From positions 1-64,000 of the IMG/VR virus record IMGVR_UViG_3300045988_166613: 64,000 bases of DNA; one strand, given 5' to 3'. Numbering within the stretch: position 1 is the stretch's first letter; each line of letters opens with the position of its first letter. The notes beneath the pieces were generated by a model. It had not been told where the DNA came from. It searched no databases and worked only from the letters and a program-made list of their open reading frames with translations. Position numbers and translations under genes: made by a program. Below are positions 18,295-26,883 of this stretch, piece by piece. This DNA is from a virus.

Positions 18295-21200
18295 TTAATA
18301 ACTATTAAGCTGTTCATTAATCTCATTAATAATTCTTCTATCTCTTTCATCTAGCATAGATTTGATATCCTCTGTTGTACCATTATTTACTGAACCAACA
18401 TTTAAATGTGTGTTGATGTTGATATTAGCTTTTTTACTACCTTGAGGTATTGCCATAAAAGAAGCAACCTTTGGAATAGCTTGTACAACATTATTACCAC
18501 TGTTATATCTAATATTAGAACTTGAAACGCCTAGATTATTATTAATAGATGTTAATTCACCATATAGTTTCTTAGTTAACTCAAGGTTATCTATGTATTC
18601 TTGCATTTTAAGACTACTATCTGCAAATACTTCTCCATTCTTCTTATAATAATCATTTAAAGCATCTCTAAGTTTTATAACGTGACCTTCTATTTCAATA
18701 AATCCTTTTTGAATCATACCTTTTGCTAATTCTGCTATTTTTTCATCAGTATAAGTTTTTTCCATTTCTTTAATTTTCTCATCCTTATGTTTATCTAATT
18801 TGTCCATTTGTTCATCAAAAGCTTTATTACCTTGATCTTTTTGTCTATCTCTAATGAAGTTATTTAATTCTTTTTCAAGGTCATCTTTTTGCTTTAACAA
18901 ATCTTTAAGTTTAGATTGTCCTTCAGATGAAATATCTCTTCTAACAGAATCTATTTGAGCATTAAGTTTATTTAACTTATCTTGCTTTTCTTTAAGGTTT
19001 TTCTCAAAGTTTTCATCGTCATATTTCTTGTTGTACTCATCTCTTTGTTTCTTTAATTCTTCTTTTATTTTAGAAGTTTCATCTTCTAAAGCTTTTTTAC
19101 GTTCTTCTACTTGATTTTTAACAACATTAGTCATTTCTCTTTCGGTATCACCCATTAACTTAACTTGTTTTTCAGAAACTTCTTTAATAGTTTTGGTTAG
19201 TGCATACCATTCATTATTAAGTTTAGGTAATTCTTTAGAAGTTATTTCAAAGTATTTATCAGCTTTTTCTTTTAAATCTTTGAAATTCTTAATTGCTTGT
19301 TCTTTAGCTTTATTGGAATTATCCATAGCGTTAACTTCATCTTCTATTTGTTTCAATCTATCATAGTAGTTAAATATATTACCATTAGAAGCATTAAAGC
19401 CATTGCTTTTTAAGACACCTTCTAAATATCTACCTTCATTTTGTTTAGCAGCTATTAAATTATTTATGGCATCTTTCTTTTGTTTATAAAGATTTATTTC
19501 TTTATTCATATATTGAAGCTTATTAACACCTTGAGCATTTTCTTCAAGAGTTTTGGTAATTTCTAATTCATTGTTAACATCATCTATAGCATCTGTAAGA
19601 GATTTGTAAGCATCGATTTTGTCTTCGATATCTTTGATATCTACATGTTCGCCATTTTTAGAACCTTTACCTCCATGTCCTTTACTACCACTGCCTTTGT
19701 GTCCATTAGCTTCTGGTGAATAGTCAACCTGTACTGGATTATTTGAAGGCAATATTGGATCAATACTATGTTCACTCCAAGCAGTCCATTGTACTCCATT
19801 CCATTTCCATTCTGCTCCTGGTGCTAATGGAACGTGTGGTTTTTGAGGTTTAAGACTATTAGGTAAACCATTTTCATCATAGCCTAATCCAACTGAAGCC
19901 ATAACTTCCTGAAGTTTTTTAGCAAGTTCATAGGCTGATAAAGCCTTAGTTTTACATGCGTTATCAAAATTCTTAACATCGGTTTTGTATGCTCCAGCCA
20001 TATTACCGACCATTTGACTATTAGCTCCTTGTATGGCGTTGGCACCATCTACTGCTGCTTTACTTTTGCTTGTAACTAAATTGGTGTGATTAGTATTATC
20101 AGTTTTGTAGTGTTCGGCTTTGTTGTTTGTTTCTTGTGAAGAAGCTTCGGTTCTAGCGGTTGCTCCATTTTGACCATTAGCTACCTTTGTGTTTTCACTA
20201 TCTGCATGAGCGTTAGTATCATTGGCATAGTTATTCATTTTAGCTTGTGTTTCTTGATTTGATAAACCAACACTATGATTCATAGCTTGTGTTTCAATTG
20301 CTTCTTTACTTGATAAATCACTTATCCCTTGTTGTAATAGATTTTGTGAATTTTGTATTGCTTGTCTATATGTAGCATCACTTTCAGTTCTTAATGTTTT
20401 TTCTAAAGCAATACTATTCTCCATGAATTTATTTTTATCAGCCAAAAGTGATATAACTCTAGTATCCCCAGAATTTAACATAGAACCTACTGTTTTTGCT
20501 GATAACGTTCCCGTTTTTTGGAATTCTGACATGGCTGATTGTACTAAGCCAATATTTCCAGTAAGTTTATTGAATTTTGAACCTAATTTATCTAATTCAT
20601 CTGCTGCTGATGTCGCACTTTCTTTAATTGCATCAAGTGGGTTAGTTAATCCTTCTAATGATGGTTTAGTGTTATCAGCGGTAGTTTGAGTTTGTTGAAG
20701 TGAATTATCAAATTCTCTAATTTTTTCAAAAACATCAACTCCACCAAACTGTGCTTTAATTTCAATATCTGACATTTTAGAAGCTTTCATATCAGCTACA
20801 GCTTGTTTAATACTTGTTATCGTTGCTAATTGTTCTTGAAGTTCTTTATTAACTTCTTGTGTATCAGCTTTTTTAATAGCGCTATTATGCCCAGTGCCCA
20901 TTAAAAGTAGTTTTTGAAACTTACTTAAACCAGTAGAATTAGACGAAGACATTTTTTGATAATTATTCTTATTTTCAAAATATTTATCAAAAACATCCAT
21001 GTGTTTACTGTTTTCTTGTGCTATTTTTTTAGCTGACTCTTCTCTTTCCTCTTTCTTTAATCTTATACTTTCTTCAATAAGAGCATTATTATTAGCAATC
21101 GCATTATTTTGAGAATCTAATCCATTTTTAGTTTGAGGCAATAGAGTTACCATCTCTGATTGAAGTTTATTTAATTCGGATTGCAATTCTATTTTTTCTT

Positions 21201-22272
21201 GTTCATTTTTTGTATTTGCTAACTGATTTTGTAATTCTTTTATTTTTGAGTATTTTTCTTCTGCTTTACTAATTGTTTCATTAGCTTGTTTTGAAGAATT
21301 AAAAAAGTCTGCATTTAATTGTTTTAACTCTTCTCTTGTTGTGTGAAGTTTATCGATAAAAGTCACTAATTTTTCAATTGCAAATGAAACAACCAGTCCA
21401 ACTCCAAACGAAATAGCTGCTTGAGCTGCTGTAGCTGCAACCCTTAATAATCCAAGTTCTACTTTTGTTGCAATTATACTCCCCTTTACTTTCCCCAAAT
21501 TAACTCCATAGGAAAGAGTAGCCTTATTTAGTCCTAACTGCGCATTTTTTGTTAATTTTATTTCTTTGATTAATTCTCTTTGTTCTTTTATCTTATTGTT
21601 TAATCCATATTGTTTACTAATAAATAATTCTTCAATTTTCCCAATGCCAAATAAATTTTTATCTATAGCCATTTTTCTAAATTGCGTATTTAAGGTTGTC
21701 ATACTGGCACTAGCCAATGATACAACGCTTGGAATCGCGCCAAATTCTTTAATTAATCCTCTTAAAGCACTAACTCCGCTATCTATCCCACTTATTATGC
21801 CTTTTAAAAAATCAGTATCAGATAAATCTAAAAATAACCCTTTTATATCTTCTTTTAAACTATTAATTTTAGCTGATAAAGAATTCATATAAGCTTCTTG
21901 TTCTTGTGCAGCACTTCCGAAGCTATTATCTGCTGTTTTTTTTATATTTTCTAAATCCTTTTTTGCATTTAACATCAAAGAGAAGAAAACGTTTGCATTT
22001 TGCTTCCCAGCAAATTTTTCGGCAATCATGGATTTTTGCATATTATTAAGATCATCCCAAACCATAGATAAATCTTTAATAACATCATATGTACTTCTAA
22101 ATTCTTCTTTACCCTCTTTAGTGACTTGGGTTAATTTAACACTTCCATGAGTTGTTTCATCTAACATTTTCTTTAATTTAGGAAATGTTTCTCCGCCTTT
22201 TTCTTTCATACCTCTCATGTTCATTGAGATTGTTTTTAATGCATTACCAACTTTAGCAGGCAGTATATTATC
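18295..22272 (-). CDS. tail tape measure protein, exon 2
   Basis: The frame stays open upstream of the annotated Met back to the intron 3' G (DNILPAKVGNALKTISMNMRG...). Long coiled-coil protein. Confidence 0.7.
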   Translation of the reverse strand, partial: DNILPAKVGNALKTISMNMRGMKEKGGETFPKLKKMLDETTHGSVKLTQVTKEGKEEFRSTYDVIKDLSMVWDDLNNMQKSMIAEKFAGKQNANVFFSLMLNAKKDLENIKKTADNSFGSAAQEQEAYMNSLSAKINSLKEDIKGLFLDLSDTDFLKGIISGIDSGVSALRGLIKEFGAIPSVVSLASASMTTLNTQFRKMAIDKNLFGIGKIEELFISKQYGLNNKIKEQRELIKEIKLTKNAQLGLNKATLSYGVNLGKVKGSIIATKVELGLLRVAATAAQAAISFGVGLVVSFAIEKLVTFIDKLHTTREELKQLNADFFNSSKQANETISKAEEKYSKIKELQNQLANTKNEQEKIELQSELNKLQSEMVTLLPQTKNGLDSQNNAIANNNALIEESIRLKKEEREESAKKIAQENSKHMDVFDKYFENKNNYQKMSSSNSTGLSKFQKLLLMGTGHNSAIKKADTQEVNKELQEQLATITSIKQAVADMKASKMSDIEIKAQFGGVDVFEKIREFDNSLQQTQTTADNTKPSLEGLTNPLDAIKESATSAADELDKLGSKFNKLTGNIGLVQSAMSEFQKTGTLSAKTVGSMLNSGDTRVISLLADKNKFMENSIALEKTLRTESDATYRQAIQNSQNLLQQGISDLSSKEAIETQAMNHSVGLSNQETQAKMNNYANDTNAHADSENTKVANGQNGATARTEASSQETNNKAEHYKTDNTNHTNLVTSKSKAAVDGANAIQGANSQMVGNMAGAYKTDVKNFDNACKTKALSAYELAKKLQEVMASVGLGYDENGLPNSLKPQKPHVPLAPGAEWKWNGVQWTAWSEHSIDPILPSNNPVQVDYSPEANGHKGSGSKGHGGKGSKNGEHVDIKDIEDKIDAYKSLTDAIDDVNNELEITKTLEENAQGVNKLQYMNKEINLYKQKKDAINNLIAAKQNEGRYLEGVLKSNGFNASNGNIFNYYDRLKQIEDEVNAMDNSNKAKEQAIKNFKDLKEKADKYFEITSKELPKLNNEWYALTKTIKEVSEKQVKLMGDTEREMTNVVKNQVEERKKALEDETSKIKEELKKQRDEYNKKYDDENFEKNLKEKQDKLNKLNAQIDSVRRDISSEGQSKLKDLLKQKDDLEKELNNFIRDRQKDQGNKAFDEQMDKLDKHKDEKIKEMEKTYTDEKIAELAKGMIQKGFIEIEGHVIKLRDALNDYYKKNGEVFADSSLKMQEYIDNLELTKKLYGELTSINNNLGVSSSNIRYNSGNNVVQAIPKVASFMAIPQGSKKANININTHLNVGSVNNGTTEDIKSMLDERDRRIINEINEQLNSY

Positions 22273-22628
22273 CTAAAGGCTTTTTATCCTCTAGTTCTAG
22301 GAGTTTCCTCCATTACATCATGTTGATTCATGATTAGCTTAGCATATATTTTCACCCTCGTTTAACGTTAGGCTAATTTAAACAATTAGGATATATCTTT
22401 AATATATCGTGGAGAACACTCTTGGAAAGATTATATTCTGTTATATTACATAACAGTTTCACCTTCTATGCGTTACAGTACAGTAGAATTTTACTTCTAT
22501 TGATTATGTCTCCATAATCTAGTTTTAAAACCTGTTACCTCGGTATTATCATATCTTTGTAGACTTAGATTTCACCGATTTTGCTCTCTTATAATATTAA
22601 GTATTTTCTACTTAACACGACCTTATTT
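22273..22628 (-). mobile_element. ORF-less group I-type intron in the tape measure gene (junctions within about 4 nt)
   Basis: Stops in all frames and GC-richer than the flanks. Ends in G. Shares a 52-nt block (one mismatch) and three further blocks with the TerL intron. Confidence 0.6.
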
Positions 22629-24272
22629 ATATTGATCTTGTATAGCTGAGTTGGCTGTTGTGATTAAAGCAATACTTTGACTTAAATCATTATTGGCTGT
22701 TGAGAGGGCGGATCCCCCTCGCATGATGGCAGAATTTAATCCGCCTACAGAAACGCTAAAATGATTACTGACGTTATTTAATTTATCAATAATATCCATA
22801 CTATCTTTAGCTTGGATATTGTATGCTTTCATTGTTGCAATTAAACCTTTGTTCGCACTCTCAGAATCAATATCACCGACATTAGAAAAAATTATAGAGT
22901 TTTGAGCTAGTTCTTTTGATTCTTGATAGCTATATGACATCTGTGCGAATGCAGCAGTTGCTTCAATTACATTTTTAGTTTGATTTCCCAATGCTTTTGC
23001 CATATCATTTGCTTGATTTTCAAAAGCCTCATATTCTTGAGAGACTTCATTTGTAACTTTTTTCAAGTCTCTCATTGAGTTATCAACTTCTACGATTGTA
23101 CTAAAACCTTCTTTTAAAACTCCAATGGAAGCTCCGATAATTGATCCTCCAATGAAATAATCCTTCATACGTGCAAATATATTACTAAATTGACTTGTTG
23201 TTACAAGTTCACGACTTTGTACTTTTAAATCATTAACATTTTTTTGTATTCTATTTCTCTCTACAGAGCCTAATATTTCATTCTGAGCTATTAACTGTTT
23301 ATATAGATTAATTTGTCTTTCGAGTTCATTGCTAATTCTTACTTGTTCACTACTTTTACCACCACGATTATCAACTCTCACCTTTAAATTCTCCAGTGTT
23401 CTTAATTGTGATGTTAAGAATCTAGCACTTCTATTAATTTCTGCACTTCTACTAGATTCTTTCTTTATACAAGCGTCTAACTTAACTAATTCTTGAGACA
23501 GTAAATTCTTTTCCTCTTGAGTTAACCTATTACTCTTAGCTTTAGCTTCATTAATTTTATTTTGAATGTTTTGTACAGATTCTAAATGTCCTGTATTATT
23601 ATAATTACTATTTTTAAGATGTTGAGTTTCACTTAATGCTTTTATTTTATTAAGTCTATTCTCTAATTGAATTAAAAATTGTTCTTGGCTTAAATTAGCC
23701 GACTCTAACTTTGATTTATTATTAACTATCTTTTTATCTACTAAATCAAATACACGAACTAACTCGCCTTCAACCTCTTTTACAGTCCATCCATATTTTT
23801 CTACAGCTTGTCTACCTTCATCATATTGATAAGTTAAAGTAGTGTTCTTAACATTACCTTTCTTATCCATTACAGTAGATAACTTTGCCATCTTACCATT
23901 TAATAATTGTATCTCATTTTCAAGACTTTTACTTTTCTTTAGTATATCTTCAAAGTCTCCAGAAACGCTTTTTAAATCACTCTTAACTTCAAGATTTATC
24001 TTTTCACCTTTGAGTGCTGAGTTAATTTGTTTTTGAATATCTTGTAAAGCTCCATTATTACCTAAACTAATTTTACTTATGTTTAAATCAATATTTTTGC
24101 TAAGTTGATTTATTTGTTTTTGTATTTGATTTGTAGCTTTATCAATATCTTTTAAAGATACTTTTTCTAATTCAACCCCTAAATTTTTACTTAAACTTTT
24201 AATATCTTTTTCAAGTTGTTGTAATACTTTATCTTTATTTAATTTCCCACCGAATGATAGATTTAAAGACAT
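22629..24272 (-). CDS. tail tape measure protein, exon 1
   Basis: About 548 codons of coiled coil ending ...NSAIQDQY(K). GGAAAGGAGG RBS. Confidence 0.7.
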
Positions 24273-24301
24273 ATAATTCCTCCTTTCCCCGTTTTATTAC
24301 A

Positions 24302-24336
24302 TAAAAAAAGAACCTAGATATTAAAATCTAAGTTCT
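24302..24336 (-). terminator. strong rho-independent terminator immediately upstream of the TMP start
   Basis: Minus sense: GAACTTAGAT-TTTAAT-ATCTAGGTTC followed by TTTTTTT, ending about 30 nt before the TMP ATG. Confidence 0.65.
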
Positions 24337-24492
24337 TTATCATTATTTTCATATTTAATTATTATAATTTTGTTACTGCAACTTCTATCTCTTTCTCATT
24401 ATTACATAAAAAGCATTTGTCTTATCTTCCATTTAGCTACACTAAACTAGATATTAGTATGTTATGTTAATAAAATAATATTTTTTATATAA

Positions 24493-24526
24493 TAAAAAAG
24501 AACCTAGCTATACATTTACTAAGTTC
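24493..24526 (-). terminator. rho-independent terminator
   Basis: Minus sense: GAACTTAG...CTAGGTTC followed by TTTTTT. Confidence 0.6.
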
Positions 24527-24563
24527 GCAAATTCAATATATTATTTGATTATAAACGTTAAAC

Positions 24564-24585
24564 AGCCTAGCAATTAAGCTAGGCT
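24564..24585 (-). terminator. hairpin downstream of the MazF-like gene (weak T-tract)
   Basis: AGCCTAGC-AATTAA-GCTAGGCT. Confidence 0.35.
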
Positions 24586-24670
24586 ACTAAACTTGTCTTT
24601 GTTGATCCTAATTAAAGGACGATTGCTTTTACGCAACATTGTTTTTAACTTATGAGTTAATTATAATCTA

Positions 24671-25381
24671 TTAATTATTATTTGTCAACATTTTTATATA
24701 TAATTTTAAAAATAAATCTTCGACTTTTTTCATATTATCATCATCTAATACAAATTTTGATAATGGTTCTTTTGAATTTTTAGGCTCGTATATTCTCATC
24801 TTGCTTATGGTTCTAATTTGCGAAACTATAGCAACCGAACCTTTGTTTAAATTTTTTAATTCATTAAGTAAAAAAGCCTTATTTTTTTCTAAATTGGAAA
24901 ACTCTAAAGAAGTTGTATCAGTACATTCTAAATCACGATCAATTTTTTGAAGTTCTTTTTTGGTATAATCTATTTTATCTGTTAATAAAGCTTCACCTAA
25001 ATAAACTTCAAATCTTTTATTAATAGTTTCTTCATTTTCATAATCTTTTAATGAACGTATAGGAATTATTGTCACAACATTAGAATTTTTATTATTCTTG
25101 TTATCCATTACTAACCCATAATGTAATCCACCTTGTTCAGAACTAATATTATACCCTAAATGCACTTTTACTATATTTCCTTTTTTATACCTTATTAGTT
25201 CTTTAGGATTAAATTCTTGTTCTTTTGACAAAAAACGCTCATTCCAATCATTGAGCCAATAAGTTAATATTTTTTGTTGTTTGACACTTAAATTTTCAAC
25301 AATATTATATTCTAATTCATCTAATACTTGTCTCAAAGTTTGCCTTATTTCTTCATCAGTGTTTAAATGTTTTATTCTCAA
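24671..25381 (-). CDS. long MazF/PemK-like (SH3-fold toxin-like) protein
   Basis: KKGNIVKVHLGYNISSEQGGLHYGLVMDN...VVTIIPIRS and ...AIVSQIRTISKMRI match PemK/MazF signature segments. It has about 65 aa of N-terminal extension and a central insertion. TTG start after GGAGGA. Confidence 0.5.
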   Translation of the reverse strand: MRIKHLNTDEEIRQTLRQVLDELEYNIVENLSVKQQKILTYWLNDWNERFLSKEQEFNPKELIRYKKGNIVKVHLGYNISSEQGGLHYGLVMDNKNNKNSNVVTIIPIRSLKDYENEETINKRFEVYLGEALLTDKIDYTKKELQKIDRDLECTDTTSLEFSNLEKNKAFLLNELKNLNKGSVAIVSQIRTISKMRIYEPKNSKEPLSKFVLDDDNMKKVEDLFLKLYIKMLTNNN

Positions 25382-25413
25382 TAGTATATTCCTCCCATTT
25401 ATATTTTAAGAAA

Positions 25414-25442
25414 ATTATACCACTTTTGAATAAAGTTAACAA
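25414..25442 (-). promoter_or_regulatory. sigma-A-type promoter TTGTTA-N17-TATAAT with TGG extension
   Basis: Minus sense: TTGTTAACTTTATTCAAAAGTGGTATAAT. Nearly identical to the promoter at 30230-30258. Confidence 0.55.
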
Positions 25443-25592
25443 ACAATAAATATTTTTAATATTAATTTTATATTTTTAGTTATTAATGGTAAAATATAAC
25501 TGCTTATTTAATCAGTTTCTCTAATTTATATTGACTCCTTTTAATTATAGCCCTTGTCCCTTCCTTCTATTTTTTTTCATGATAACAACTCC

Positions 25593-26147
25593 TTAATCTA
25601 ACCATATTATTTCTTCGTTTTTATCATCATATATTTCTTCTAGCCCTTGCTTATCTTCACTCCAACTGTCATATCTAACAACGTTATATCCCTTGTATTT
25701 TCTTACTAACTTATATTTATTGGGAAATATTTCTTTACATGTCTCACATTCATTATCCATTAATTCACTCCAATAACCTGTATTATATTCTATAACGCCT
25801 TTATTAACCATTTCTAATACTAAATCATCATCAAAATAATCACTATCATACCATTCCATATTTTGAGTATATTCATAAATAGCTTTGGTTAAATTATGTT
25901 TCTTACAAGCATTTTTTAAGGCTTCATAAAACAACATTGTGCTTTCAATTTGACCATAAAAAGTCATATAATCCTCTTTACTATAATCTCTTTCTTCTTC
26001 GTTATACTTTTTTCTTCCTTCTCTATCTAATCTTATAATCTCGTCTCTGAAATCTGTTAGAAATTCCTTTGTTAATAATTTCTTCTTTCTATTAGGTAGT
26101 CCAAAATAATTTGAAATACCCCATCCTATATTACCACTTCTACCCAT
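25593..26147 (-). CDS. hypothetical protein
   Basis: ORF 25593-26165. ATG 26147 after GAGAGGAA is preferred. Tightly coupled to the upstream ORF. Confidence 0.55.
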   Translation of the reverse strand: MGRSGNIGWGISNYFGLPNRKKKLLTKEFLTDFRDEIIRLDREGRKKYNEEERDYSKEDYMTFYGQIESTMLFYEALKNACKKHNLTKAIYEYTQNMEWYDSDYFDDDLVLEMVNKGVIEYNTGYWSELMDNECETCKEIFPNKYKLVRKYKGYNVVRYDSWSEDKQGLEEIYDDKNEEIIWLD

Positions 26148-26161
26148 GATTATTATTCCTC

Positions 26162-26686
26162 TCAAATCTCTTTTAAAATCTTATCAACTCTTTGTTTAAT
26201 TTCATCTTTAGATGTTCCATCTTCAATAATTTTTCTAAACATCAATTCTATTACACTCCAATCTCGTTTGTCTGGAATGATTTCTTTTCCTTCTTTTTTA
26301 TCAGTTGCATTAAATAATTTGTTTAACGCAACTTTGCTTTCTAGCCTTTTAATTAGCATATCATAATCATCATATTTACTTTCATTTGATTGTTTACTTT
26401 GTCTTTCCACTATTTCAAAAAATCTTTTGGTAGCTTCTTCATCTAATTCAATAGGTCTAGTAAACACACTATCGTATTCATCATAATCTCTATTCCACTC
26501 GTTATCTTCTCGCCATTCATCATCTTTTGATATAACGGCATAGCCTTGCTCATTATATTTAGTGTTTTCTTTAGCTATTCTTATAGCTTTTTCAATTTTA
26601 GTATTCAATAATTCCTTGCATTTTTCTAAAGTTTCAACTGTTTCAATTTTATCTTTCTTCTTAGAAAACCCTTTACTATCAGTCAT
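26162..26686 (-). CDS. hypothetical acidic protein
   Basis: 174-aa ORF with AAGGAG RBS. Confidence 0.55.
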   Translation of the reverse strand: MTDSKGFSKKKDKIETVETLEKCKELLNTKIEKAIRIAKENTKYNEQGYAVISKDDEWREDNEWNRDYDEYDSVFTRPIELDEEATKRFFEIVERQSKQSNESKYDDYDMLIKRLESKVALNKLFNATDKKEGKEIIPDKRDWSVIELMFRKIIEDGTSKDEIKQRVDKILKEI

Positions 26687-26700
26687 GATTTATCAACTCC

Positions 26701-26859
26701 TTAACAAACAACTTCTACAGCTTGTCTTAATATATAATCTTTACTCTTATTAATCATTAGTATTCCATTGTAGAGATTTTCACACTCTAAAACTTCACCC
26801 TCACTATAAATTCTTGAATTGCTTCTATTGCGATATGTTTTTATTAATTTGACTCTCAT
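26701..26859 (-). CDS. small hypothetical protein (52 aa, below the ORF-track cutoff)
   Basis: ATG 26859 after GGGAGAG. My translation is MRVKLIKTYRNRSNSRIYSEGEVLECENLYNGILMINKSKDYILRQAVEVVC. The stop lies just before the RBS of the next gene. Confidence 0.4.
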   Translation of the reverse strand: MRVKLIKTYRNRSNSRIYSEGEVLECENLYNGILMINKSKDYILRQAVEVVC

Positions 26860-26883
26860 TTTTTTAATTCTCTCCCATTTTAT

